The translations under genes and the position numbers were made by a program. A stretch of 64,000 nucleotides of DNA. Source: an uncultured delta proteobacterium (GTDB taxonomy: Bacteria > Desulfobacterota > Binatia > UBA9968). The DNA is taken from assembly GCA_963804165.1 (NCBI GenBank), contig CAWDPO010000030.1:93057-157056 (forward strand), written 5' to 3'. Positions 32,508 through 42,598 of this stretch are shown one piece after another (within the stretch, counting starts at the first letter, position 1; every line of letters starts with the position of its first letter). The notes beneath the pieces were generated by a model. That model was not told where the DNA came from. It was given only the letters and a program-made list of their open reading frames with translations, and did no database searches.

Positions 32508-33219
32508 GTGATTACGGTCGCCGGTAAACCACGTCCGCCAATTCCTGTCTGCGCTTTTTGTGGCAAGTCACAGCTAAGACTAGAGACCACATTCCACCTA
32601 AAGGAATCTTCCCGAGGCCGAGGCCACAGTTGATCACTGTTCCGGCTTGCTGCACGGTGTAACAGAGGCACATCGAAAATCGAAGAAGCTTTCAGAGTGT
32701 ATCTGTCACTCCGTGTCGGCATCAACAATGATGCAACGGCGAAGCTTTGGAACGATGAAGCAATGCGGACACTTAGGCACAATCCCCGGCTCCGTAATAG
32801 AATCCTGCGATCCACGCGAACTATCAGCGCGCGGAGCCCAGCCGGGCTTATCTTGGCCGAAAGACAGGGCGGAGCATGGCCACCTGAACTTCACGATCCC
32901 ATTGTCGAAAAAACAATTCGCGGACTCTATTTTTATCACTACGGCGAGATCCTAGGCGACAGAGTGCAAATCAAGGTTCAATGGTTACGGACGACGGAAG
33001 ATGTGGAAAATTGGTCAAGGCACGTCGATCCATCCGTGGAGCAATTGTGGACGGAAACTTCCGGGCGTCGGCAATGTCGGCACAGGATATTTCCGATATC
33101 GCTATGCCACGGCTCTTGAAAATCCATTACACTCTGCGTGGTTGTTCGACTTCTACGGGGCACATTTCGCCAGCGGGTATACATCACCAATCGACATGCT
33201 GAAATCTGACAGCAATTGA
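32508..33219 (+). CDS. HNH endonuclease-like protein, frameshifted
   Basis: Joined frames give 'CAFCG..TRDHIPPKGIFP..LITVPAC..CN'. Confidence 0.7.
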
Positions 33220-33236
33220 AAGCCAGTGCGTCAGAA

Positions 33237-33417
33237 CGCCCAGTTCCGACGCCCGGCCCAGGGACAATCACCCGTTCTTTTTGCAACCCGCCACGCCGGG
33301 AGAACGGCTCTTTGCCCGAAATGTCTGTAGCACCGGCAGCGGTCCACAACCCCAGCACCATGGGTGCTGCTGAGTTTGGTGGGTGGGACCACTATTCGTT
33401 CAATTTAATGATGTCAA
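33237..33417 (-). ncRNA. Candidate structured ncRNA with promoter (copy 2)
   Basis: Homolog of 30484-30648 with a longer first hairpin; TTGACA-N17-TAGTGG. Confidence 0.45.
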
Positions 33418-33833
33418 CTTCGCGGCAAGAACGAACACTCAGTAGGACACGTCGACGCGCAGCAAAACCAACGAGAAAGATCTCCCTCTGTGCACCACCC
33501 CGGCGATCCTCGGAACTTGATTTCGAGTCTGCCAGCTTAAGCTCTGAACCACCATTCACCGGCAACAACCAACAGAAAATCAGCGCCTCTCTCCCCTCTT
33601 CTTTGTCCGTAATTGTTCCTGTTTGTCGATACAACAAGCACAAAATACGCACAGCGTATCGGCAATCAGCTTGTAGGCGGCCTTTGCCGATATTAATATC
33701 GAAAAAAGACAGATCCGTAATACTCGCTAGTTGGGCAGACGAAAAGGACGCGCATGCCGGATACCAGTGGAGGCAATCAGGAAGGACCGACCTTATGCGC
33801 GTTCCTCCGGGACTCGGCCAAAAGGAGGAAACG

Positions 33834-34220
33834 ATGAATCAACAGTACTTCTATCGACTTGAGGATGCCCTTCATGGTCTCTCGACTGACCCAGCGACTG
33901 CCGCGGACCCAATCAAGCGAACATTCTTGTTTGACGGACAGCACGTCTCGTGCAACGTGAACATTCTCGAAAAGAGCGAAGATGTCATCCACATTCAGCC
34001 AAACCACGATGAGATCGTGCTAGTACTAGAAGGAAAGTGCGGTTTCAGGGTCGGTGATGAGACCAGGCGCGTTGCGACGGGGGATTTGATGTTCATCCCG
34101 CGTAATACGGTGCATGGGCCAATTATCGACAGTGGGCGGGTTGCACTGCTGTCGCTTTTTGCACCATTCTTCGATCGCACGAAGAAGAACATCCAGTGGT
34201 CGCGCGATGCGTTTGCATAG
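33834..34220 (+). CDS. Cupin domain protein
   Basis: 'HIQPNHDE..VLEG', 'IPRNTVHG'; AGGAGG RBS. Confidence 0.85.
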   Translation: MNQQYFYRLEDALHGLSTDPATAADPIKRTFLFDGQHVSCNVNILEKSEDVIHIQPNHDEIVLVLEGKCGFRVGDETRRVATGDLMFIPRNTVHGPIIDSGRVALLSLFAPFFDRTKKNIQWSRDAFA

Positions 34221-34229
34221 CCACCGAAC

Positions 34230-34330
34230 TCCCGCTTGCACACGGAGGTCGAAGCGTCACTCCAACTTCGTGTTCCGTGATTAGCTCCGCGAGCTTCTGT
34301 CCATCGACGACTGCCATCACCGAAGAGTAC
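34230..34330 (-). pseudogene. Mrr-like restriction endonuclease C-terminal remnant
   Basis: 'VVDGQKLAELITEHEVGV'. Confidence 0.5.
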
Positions 34331-35499
34331 CCACCTGCTCGACGCGGCCATCGAATGTTCGCCCGAGCCCCTTTACTATACGCAGCGCGATAGCGGATTG
34401 AGCATATTTTGCATCTGATTCGGTTCGGTATAATCCCCACCCGATGCGATAGCACTCAGTACCTGGGAGAGGCAGCACGATTAACTCGGCTTCCGGGACC
34501 GAAAAGATGGCCTCGCGTACCACATAGGAGTCGCAACTATCACGAATGATAACTGTATAGTAAGCGGTTCCTCGTAGCGCTGAAGCGAAAATTTTTGATG
34601 CGCGGAGCGGTCCTTGTTTACGGGCATCTGCTCGTGCCGTCGCTAACCCCGCTGCCAGCCTGTCTATTGGGATCAATGTATACCGGTGCGGCCCGTTCTC
34701 TTTCTGCCTGAGCCGCGCGTTCCCTTTCCTCCTGAGCCCGTCGCCCCCCTGCCTGAGCCTGAGCCGCACGTTCTCTTTCTGCCTGAGTTCGTTCTCTCTC
34801 TGCCTGAGCCTGAGCCGCACGTTCTCTTTCTGCCTGAGTTCGCTGTCTCTCAGCCTCAGCCGCTGCCGCTTGAGCCTGCTCCTCCGCTCGCTTCTGCTCC
34901 GCCCTGGACTTTTCTTCCATAATGGTACGATAGGACAGGAATCCAGCACCTACGGTCACTATCGCCAGCATTGACACGCCGATTAGAGTGGCCCAAGATT
35001 TTCTTGTTGATTTTTGGGCATCTTGCGCTTCAACGTCCCGCTGCTTACTGAGGCCCAAGCGTTTCATCATCTCCCGGACATCAGACTCCCAGCGGTTATG
35101 GCTCAGCTCGAATCCATTCCTGTAAGCAAAATCTTTAATGTCATCTGGCAACTGCTCTACGGTTGGCATCTGTGCGCCCTGCACCAGCACAGGCGTAACC
35201 GGAATATTGCGCTTGAGTGCAGTTGCGATCTCTAAGCGCACGAAGTCGCCGGGGTCGTCAAGACGACGCCTGCCTGAGGGATTCCTAGCCCCAATCCAGT
35301 CCCTGCCGACCAAAGCGAGCATAAGGTCGCACAGTTCGAGACGCTCGCCGATTACATGGCGGAAGTCACGTCCCAAGGCGATAGCGTCCACATCCATGAA
35401 TACAGAATTCTTGCCGAGGATTGCTGCGAGTTCGGTGAACAACGCCCGAGCTTCACCTGCGGTTTGATCCCTTCGGTAGCTGATAAAGACGGTTGCCAT
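34317..35499 (-). CDS. TIR-domain membrane protein with coiled-coil repeats; probable frameshift near 34640 into a SPOR-like C-terminus
   Basis: 'VFISYRR', 'DFVRLEI', TM helix, AERERAAQAQ repeats; 'YRIGWGLYRTESDA' in the alternate frame. Confidence 0.75.
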
Positions 35500-35723
35500 G
35501 AAAGTCTCTCTATTAATCAGTAGACCTCACAGCTGCTAATCGCGGTCAGTCCGCTCATAACACGCCCCGAGAATCAGTGTCAAAGTGCAATGGGCGACTT
35601 TGAGAGAACGAACTTGATATTGAATCAAACGCCGCTCGAATAAGCCTCGCCTTGCAGGCAGCGTTTGCGATATAAATATCCGCAAAGCTGGTTACCTGGA
35701 CGGACAAAGAGAGGTAGCTGATC

Positions 35724-36167
35724 ATGGAAGAAAGATGCGCGATCTGCGGGTGCGTGCTTCACCGCTTCGGTGACTATGCCAAGCCGACCGTGAAAGGGCG
35801 GTCGCACGCCACTGCTCATCACTATGTCGCGGAACGGTTCTTTGGGCGGTCAAAGAATCGGCCAGAAACCCAGCGCGGGCGCATCTTTGAGACGTGCCCG
35901 TGGGGCGCGGAGCGTTCCACAGCGACGTACTGCTACGAATGCCATGAGGAGCTGTTGCATAACCCGGTCTTCACGCCGCAGGACGTGGCGAAATTTGCTC
36001 GTCTTGTGGCGGCGCGTGGTTTCTCCGAGGAACAGAAGCCCGAGGGACGCGAAAGGTTGGCAGGTCGCATCATGCTCCTTCACGATGTCATAGAGGCGGG
36101 CTTGTCAGCTCTGTCGTCACGCCAGGCTTCTTCCCGGAACATCCAGCAAGAGACCAAGACGAATTGA
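35724..36167 (+). CDS. Zn/HNH-like hypothetical protein
   Basis: 'CAICG', 'HHYVAERFF', 'CYECHEELLH'. Confidence 0.65.
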   Translation: MEERCAICGCVLHRFGDYAKPTVKGRSHATAHHYVAERFFGRSKNRPETQRGRIFETCPWGAERSTATYCYECHEELLHNPVFTPQDVAKFARLVAARGFSEEQKPEGRERLAGRIMLLHDVIEAGLSALSSRQASSRNIQQETKTN

Positions 36168-36223
36168 TTATCAATCAATTGTGCTGCTGCTCTCACTGGA
36201 CTGACAACCGAGATCAACGAAAT

Positions 36224-36355
36224 TGAACCGAACGACACGAGGATTCTGGATTCTCGTAGCAGCCATAACTGCTTAAAAATACAAATAATTTTTCTGCTTT
36301 GCCATGACTTTGCCAGAAGAAAAACGGCACAAAAAACGAATCCATTTAGCTCTGA
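36224..36355. repeat. att-like site F with arm repeats
   Basis: GAGGA-TTCTGGA-TTCTC (36239-36255); TTTGCCA at 36298 and 36309. Confidence 0.7.
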
Positions 36356-36484
36356 TCAATCGAATAGGGTATCCTGACCCCGGTTATGGGCGATTCGATT
36401 TGTGATCGGATTCCAGCGGAAAAACTACCGCCACTCGAACCTCTTCCTCACCGAGTTTTCTAAGGAAATAATTGGCCCCCTGGT

Positions 36485-37792
36485 TTAAGGAAACGGATAT
36501 CCCACAGCTTTTCTGAACCACCTTCCGATAGGTTCCGGCCTGTTCAGCATAAACCTGTAAAAGGGTTTGTAGATCGAGCGTTCAGATTTTTCTCTGAAAC
36601 GTTCGAGAGACGCACCTTGGAACCAAGTAAAGAACTCCTCTAGCCCTTCGACCTTGAGCTTATTAGCTCGAGGGGCGGTGTGTTTCTGAATGTCCGTCCA
36701 CATCCACATTTCGACATCATCACTAAGGTGAAAAGACCCTTCCTCAAACCGCCTACGTATGTACGGCAAGGTAGCCGAGGCGAAGTCGAAGCCATGGTTA
36801 TTTGGGTCTAAGCCCTCGAGGGCAAGGCCAAGCATGGTCCGGCAACATTTTTCACATTTAGAGCAGTTTCTGTCTTTTGCCCAACACACTCTTAATGACA
36901 GACGCTCATCCTCTTCCCTGATGTATTTTGCTAAGATCCGCAGCTTTTTCTGCCTACCGAGGTCATAACCATGGTGAACAGCCCTAGTTGATGCCCACTT
37001 GACGTTGTTATCTATTTCGGGATCGGAACCCCAGGGGTGAATAAAGTCGGCGGCAAAGGTAGAGGGAATATATATAATTCCCAGCCCATGTTTGTAAGAG
37101 AGCGGAGCACATAGCCCCAGGAGGCCTAAACCTTGTTGAATCGCCGAATACCAATTTGAGAAGCGATCTAGAGACTTGAACTTAGCTTTGAGAATGTAAG
37201 AATTAAAAAAAGTTCTGAAGTTCGTCTTGATAAACGAGATGTCCAATGACTTGCTCTCCGCAAATACCCGATTTTGCATAGATACTTGCTCCCAGCGGCG
37301 ATGCTGGAATAGGCCGATATCCGCTCCCCATGCGGTCACGAGGCGTGGCTTTTTCTCCCTATGAACAACAAAGGATGTAAGGGAATCGACGCCTCCGCTA
37401 AATAGTATTGCATGCCTGCTCCCCTCGTAAGTTCCACTGCAATCAACAATTTGGTTCGCGCGAACCTCTCCGCTCCAGTCCATTCCCGGGTGGAGATGCA
37501 GAAACGACTCTCTGATTTTATTTAAGACCTCGAAAAATACTGCATCGAGGCAGGGTACATGGAGCTCGGCTCCAAGCACCCATGCTATCGGGGCCACAGT
37601 GGACAAAAATGGTATCAGCAGTATAGCGTCTTGCACATCGGATAAATCTACGTCATAGGTCACGAACATGCTTTGAGACGAAAAATACTTCCTTATTGCA
37701 GGAGTACAATTTAACTCATACCTGACAGTCGCCCGATCTATCAGAACCGGCCTGGCTACTTCTATTTGATCCGGAGATGACGAAGTCTTCAT
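36485..37792 (-). CDS. PP-loop (QueC-like fold) hypothetical protein, lower GC
   Basis: 'LFSGGVDS' and 'C..NCSKCEKC.RT'. Confidence 0.7.
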   Translation of the reverse strand: MKTSSSPDQIEVARPVLIDRATVRYELNCTPAIRKYFSSQSMFVTYDVDLSDVQDAILLIPFLSTVAPIAWVLGAELHVPCLDAVFFEVLNKIRESFLHLHPGMDWSGEVRANQIVDCSGTYEGSRHAILFSGGVDSLTSFVVHREKKPRLVTAWGADIGLFQHRRWEQVSMQNRVFAESKSLDISFIKTNFRTFFNSYILKAKFKSLDRFSNWYSAIQQGLGLLGLCAPLSYKHGLGIIYIPSTFAADFIHPWGSDPEIDNNVKWASTRAVHHGYDLGRQKKLRILAKYIREEDERLSLRVCWAKDRNCSKCEKCCRTMLGLALEGLDPNNHGFDFASATLPYIRRRFEEGSFHLSDDVEMWMWTDIQKHTAPRANKLKVEGLEEFFTWFQGASLERFREKSERSIYKPFYRFMLNRPEPIGRWFRKAVGYPFP

Positions 37793-38356
37793 GACGTTTT
37801 CCCGTCCTGGATTGGATTGGATTGCGACTCTCCCAGCGCATCCCAGATAAAGGGGAGCAACTGGTCCGCTACTACGGTTATTACAGCAATGTGTCACGGC
37901 GGAAAAGAAAAAAAGGAAAAGCGTAAAGAGAAAACCGGAGATTCGCGCGAGATCGATGCCCCGCCTGTATCCAGGGAAGTAAAAAGCGCTGGTCCTATTT
38001 CATCCGAAAAGTCTACGAAACTGACCTGCTTATTTGCCCCAAATGTCAGAGAGAAATGCGTATCATCAGTGAATTTCTCTCCTTTGCGATTACTTTGCCA
38101 GAACAAAAAAACCGCGCAGAAAACGAATCCGTTTACGTCTGACCGACCGAATAGCGCCGTCAATCCACGGGAAAATCCGCGTTATTTTCGCTATGCTGTA
38201 GCCTAATGGCAGGCATACGCGGCAAAGACAACCGAATTACGTTCCGTCGACTGGAAGCCTTAAAGAGGCGAGAAGCAGACTTGAGTGAAATAATTTCAGC
38301 CCTTGACACCATATCCGCCTAAACGTACATTTAAGCAGAAAGGAGCAACAGCGGTT

Positions 38357-38611
38357 ATGGGACAAATCAACACCGTTAACGCACGGGCTCAGTTCTCGGA
38401 GATCATCAACCGCGCGGCGTTTGGCAAGGAACGTGTAACGCTTACCCGCCGGGGAAAGGAGATTGTCGCCGTGGTGCCGATTGAGGACGTGAAGTTACTC
38501 GAAGCGCTAGAAGACAAGATCGACTTGGAAGACGCGCGCGCCGCGCTAGCGGAGGCAAAGAAGAAAGGGACCGTGTCTTGGGAAAAAATCAAGAGAGAGT
38601 TGGGCATCTAG
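38357..38611 (+). CDS. Phd/YefM antitoxin
   Basis: 'ARAQFSEII', 'LTRRGKEIVAVV'. Confidence 0.9.
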   Translation: MGQINTVNARAQFSEIINRAAFGKERVTLTRRGKEIVAVVPIEDVKLLEALEDKIDLEDARAALAEAKKKGTVSWEKIKRELGI

Positions 38612-38926
38612 TTGGCGTATCGAGTCGAGTTTACTCCGAGAGCGGAAAGAGATTTCAAATCCCTCGACGGATCGATACGGGGAAGGATAAAGCAGCGGAT
38701 TGATTCGCTCGCAGGGAATCCGTACCCGTCGGGTATCAAGAAAATCGAAGGTGAAGACGAGCTTTACCGCTTGCGCGTAGGCGATTATCGGATTCTTTAT
38801 CAAGTCAAAGGAAAAATTCTTTTGGTTCTGATCGTGGGAATCGGACACCGACGCGACGTTTACCGGCGAATTGGCGGCCAAGGTATTCAAAACGAAGTCG
38901 TCACCGGCAAAACTCTGGCAAAGTAG
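38612..38926 (+). CDS. relE: RelE/ParE toxin
   Basis: 'YRLRVGDYRILY', 'GHRRDVYR'. Confidence 0.9.
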   Translation: MAYRVEFTPRAERDFKSLDGSIRGRIKQRIDSLAGNPYPSGIKKIEGEDELYRLRVGDYRILYQVKGKILLVLIVGIGHRRDVYRRIGGQGIQNEVVTGKTLAK

Positions 38927-38989
38927 AAGCAAATATAGAGTTCGCTTGAGAACGCAGACTATATTGATTGAATTCCAAAGGAAGAAAAA

Positions 38990-39065
<76 letters not shown>

Positions 39066-39108
39066 ATGCGAGTGGAAAAGTGAAATATTGCGTAAAAGCT
39101 TCGGGGAG

Positions 39109-40083
39109 TCAAGATTTCCGCGAGTTGCCGGTGAGATTTTCTACTTGGCGCTCGACGAAATCGACCACATTGCTTTCGAGTTGCACGTGATCGAGCGCGT
39201 TGACTTCTTGGATCCCGGTCGGACTGGTCACATTCACTTCGGTGAGAAAGCTGCCGATGACGTCCAAGCCGACGAAATATAATCCGTCCGCTCTGAGCAG
39301 TGGCGCCAGCGCCGCGCAAATTTCCCGGTCGCGCGCCGTCACTTCGGTTTTTACACATTGTCCGCCGACATGAATGTTACCGCGTGTTTCGGATTCAAGC
39401 GGCACGCGCAAGACCGCGCCAAGCGGTTCCCCATTGAGTACGATGATGCGTTTGTCGCCCTGGCGGATCTCCGGCAGATAACGCTGTCCCATCACCCAGC
39501 GCCGCCCGTTGTCGGTCGCCGCTTCTAAGATCGAGTTCGTGTTGCGGTCCTGTTCGTTTAGGTAGAAAACTCCGCTGCCGCCACAGCCGTCGAGCGGCTT
39601 GATGATCATTTCACCGCCCAACTCCGTCAAAAACGCTTTCAGCCGCTCTATGCTGCTGCTCACCAGCGTCTGGGGAATTTGCTCGGGGAAGCGCAGCGCA
39701 TAAAGTTTTTCGTTGGCTTCGCGCAAACCTTTCGGATTGTTCATGACAAAACACTTGCTCTGGTCAATCAAGCTCAGCAAATGGGTCGCGAAAAAAAACT
39801 TCAAATCGAAGGGCGGGTCCTTGCGCATCCAGACGCTGTTGAAATCTTCGAGCGCGCCGGCGCGCTCCGTCCCCAATTGAGCATGTGGCGTGGCCCGCGC
39901 CAGTTCGAGCCTGCGATAGCGACCCTGCGGCGTACCGCCGCGAAGATACAAGTCATCGAGCTCCATGAAGTAGATTTCGTGGCCGCGCCGTTGCGCTTCC
40001 AGCATCAAAACGAAGGTCGTGTCCTTATCGATGTCGATCTTATCGACCGGATCCATGACGACCCCGATCTTCAAATTCCGCAT
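39109..40083 (-). CDS. gshB: Glutathione synthase
   Basis: 'VMDP', 'MRKDPPFD', 'NEKL', 'GDKRI', 'EVNVTSPTG'. Confidence 0.96.
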   Translation of the reverse strand: MRNLKIGVVMDPVDKIDIDKDTTFVLMLEAQRRGHEIYFMELDDLYLRGGTPQGRYRRLELARATPHAQLGTERAGALEDFNSVWMRKDPPFDLKFFFATHLLSLIDQSKCFVMNNPKGLREANEKLYALRFPEQIPQTLVSSSIERLKAFLTELGGEMIIKPLDGCGGSGVFYLNEQDRNTNSILEAATDNGRRWVMGQRYLPEIRQGDKRIIVLNGEPLGAVLRVPLESETRGNIHVGGQCVKTEVTARDREICAALAPLLRADGLYFVGLDVIGSFLTEVNVTSPTGIQEVNALDHVQLESNVVDFVERQVENLTGNSRKS

Positions 40084-40104
40084 AGTCTTTTCAGTCCGCG
40101 CTGT

Positions 40105-40788
40105 TCAATCCCGAATGACCCAAGTGCGCGCCAGGTAATCATGCCAACCCCGCTTCTCCCGGCTCCAAAGTATCCAAAGCACGCTCAGTCCGATGCTCGC
40201 CACGCCAAGTCCGAAAGTCCCTAGCCAGCGCAGTAACGCGCGACGATAACTGATCCGTTGTTGGTTCGCGCCGACGACGCGCAAATGGAATACGGATTTG
40301 CCGACAGTCTGACCGTCCATGCCGTGAAATACGACAAAATAAGCCGTCGTCAGAAAAACCCCGCTGAATGTCAGAAATACCACAAGTGGACTCGCGTTGC
40401 CCAATGACACTCCTCGATTGTGCGCTGCGAGACCAACTTTATAGCCGACGTACGCCATAACTGCCATCACCGCGCAGAGCAAAGAGATCATCGAAAGGTC
40501 GATTATGAACGCGCCGAGCCGCCGCCAAAATCCGCCGTAACGCGGCGGCGGCGCACTCTCCATTACAGCCGCGTGCGGGGCGGTGGCAAATTCCGATTGA
40601 GACAGAAACCACGGATCTTCCTCGTGCGCCGGTTCTTCAAACTCGCTCACCGACTCGTCGGCCATTAAAGTAAAATCTTCCCTTTTTGCAGTGCCTAAAA
40701 CCGCCCGACGGTGGAGCAATTTGGCGCCGCACTTTTCGCAGCGTTCGTCCGACTGCAACACCGGCGCATCGCAATTTTGACAATTCAT
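40105..40788 (-). CDS. RDD family protein with N-terminal zinc ribbon
   Basis: 'GFWRRLGAFIID', 'GQTVGK', 'GWHDYLART'. Confidence 0.9.
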   Translation of the reverse strand: MNCQNCDAPVLQSDERCEKCGAKLLHRRAVLGTAKREDFTLMADESVSEFEEPAHEEDPWFLSQSEFATAPHAAVMESAPPPRYGGFWRRLGAFIIDLSMISLLCAVMAVMAYVGYKVGLAAHNRGVSLGNASPLVVFLTFSGVFLTTAYFVVFHGMDGQTVGKSVFHLRVVGANQQRISYRRALLRWLGTFGLGVASIGLSVLWILWSREKRGWHDYLARTWVIRD

Positions 40789-40855
40789 AGAGTCCCAAAA
40801 ACTCAGTTAAGATCTATTCATGCTAGAGAAAGCCTGCCGCCGAAGCAAGATTAGG

Positions 40856-41596
40856 CTATTTTAGATCTCCCCACAGAAACTGCACGAGTGCGAGCGCGGC
40901 TATCGCCGCCGTTTCAGCGCGAAGTATCCGCTTGCCGATCTGCACCGGTTCGAAACCTTGCGACCGGGCCGCCGCGGCTTCGTCCGTCGTAAAACCGCCT
41001 TCCGGTCCGACCGCGACGAGCACCGCTTTGGCTTCGCGATGGTTTTCGTACACTTGATGCAGCGAATGATCCAACTCCTGTTCCCAAAAGATCAACTTGA
41101 GCGTTTGCGGCCATGGCTGGGTAACTAACCAGGAATAATCACAGAGCGGGAGAATTTCCGGTACGCGCGCTCGACCGCACTGCTTTGCCGCGCTTACGGC
41201 GATCTTCTGCCATCGCGCAGTGCGCTTGCTGATCTTTTCTGGGTCCAACTTTGGCACGGCATAGTTGGAGGCAAAAGGAATTATCTTCTGCACGCCGAGC
41301 TCAGTGGCCTTTTCCACGACAAAGTCGATTTTTTCTCCCTTGGTCAGACCGACGGCCAGAGTGATCGGCAATGCCGACTCCCGTTTGGTTTCGTAAGAGC
41401 GGAGAATTTTTAGCTCGCCGTGCGCCCGCGTCAGCGAATCGATCAAGGCGTCATGCTCCCAACCGGAATCGTCGAACACGGTAACGGAGTCGCCGGCGCG
41501 AAGCCGCAAGACTCTGCTCAAATGGGCGAGTTCCTGACCGTCGATGACGCCGCGGTCCCCATGAATGTTTTCTTTTGGCAGAAAAAAACGCGCCAT
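40856..41596 (-). CDS. rsmE: 16S rRNA m3U1498 methyltransferase
   Basis: 'HLSRVLRL', 'KATELGV', 'GPEGGF', 'ILRAETA'. Confidence 0.96.
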   Translation of the reverse strand: MARFFLPKENIHGDRGVIDGQELAHLSRVLRLRAGDSVTVFDDSGWEHDALIDSLTRAHGELKILRSYETKRESALPITLAVGLTKGEKIDFVVEKATELGVQKIIPFASNYAVPKLDPEKISKRTARWQKIAVSAAKQCGRARVPEILPLCDYSWLVTQPWPQTLKLIFWEQELDHSLHQVYENHREAKAVLVAVGPEGGFTTDEAAAARSQGFEPVQIGKRILRAETAAIAALALVQFLWGDLK

Positions 41597-41602
41597 CGTA
41601 AT

Positions 41603-42472
41603 TCAATTCTTTCGCCGCAACAGCAAGGTTACCCATTCCTGTCTTCGACGGCGCTCGATAACCCGGAAATTTTTAGCGAGACGACGCACGACGCCAGGGA
41701 CTTTCTGAGACAAGATTCCTGACAAAACCAAGTACCCTGCCGGCGACACGCGTTTCTCCAACGCGCCGGCAAGTTCGACGATCGTCTCCGCAGTGAGATT
41801 GGCGACCACCACAGTAAAAGTTCGTCTGAGCGTGCCTATTTTCTTATCGCTCAATCGAATTCTTTCAGCCACCCGGTTGACGCGTAGATTTTCTCCAGCA
41901 ACCTTCACGGCTACCGGATCGTTATCAATGGCCCAAACTTCCGTCGCGCCCAACAGCGCCAAGGCGATGGACAATATGCCAGAGCCTGTGCCGACGTCGA
42001 GCGCCGTGAACTTCTTTCCGCCAAGCCCATCGGCGACGACTTCGAGGAATTCCATACAACCGCGCGTCGTCGCGTGGGTGCCGGTGCCGAATGCCATACC
42101 GGGGTCGATGACAATCACGCGACGGCGGCGAAACTTGGGCGGCTCAAGCCACGGCGGCGTAATCCAAAACGTTTTGCCGACGCGACGCGGCTTGATAAAC
42201 CGTTGCCAGGATTGTTCCCAGTTTTCTGATTTGATGAATTTCCATTGTAGGCGCGGATTGCCGGCGCGCGGGTTGAGCCGGGTGACTCTGACTACAGAGC
42301 GTGTGACTTCTCGCCGCAACGCCGCGTTATCGCGTGAAGACGGAAAAAAAGCATCCAGTCCGTTGCGTTTTAAAACGACGCCCGGCGAACCGCGCTCGAT
42401 GACGGCGTCGGAAAGCGCGTCTATATTTGCCACGCCGGTGCGAATCGACAGTTGCAACCAGGATTGCGCCAC
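41603..42472 (-). CDS. prmA: Ribosomal protein L11 methyltransferase
   Basis: 'DPGMAFGTGTH.TT', 'DVGTGSGILS'. Confidence 0.95.
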   Translation of the reverse strand: MAQSWLQLSIRTGVANIDALSDAVIERGSPGVVLKRNGLDAFFPSSRDNAALRREVTRSVVRVTRLNPRAGNPRLQWKFIKSENWEQSWQRFIKPRRVGKTFWITPPWLEPPKFRRRRVIVIDPGMAFGTGTHATTRGCMEFLEVVADGLGGKKFTALDVGTGSGILSIALALLGATEVWAIDNDPVAVKVAGENLRVNRVAERIRLSDKKIGTLRRTFTVVVANLTAETIVELAGALEKRVSPAGYLVLSGILSQKVPGVVRRLAKNFRVIERRRRQEWVTLLLRRKN

Positions 42473-42598
42473 GTGTTTTTATGCCACAGCGTCGAAATCG
42501 GTTCAATTGATGATGGACGTCGCGCCATTCGTCATGACCGTCTTGTCAAAATCGCCACTTCCAGATATTGAATTGAACTTGATCGAAAGGAGCGAAAG

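Noticed and set aside
33470-33492. Possible inverted att core ACGAGAA-AGATCT-CCCTC
   Set aside because: Spacer length and right arm do not fit, and no arm repeats are nearby.
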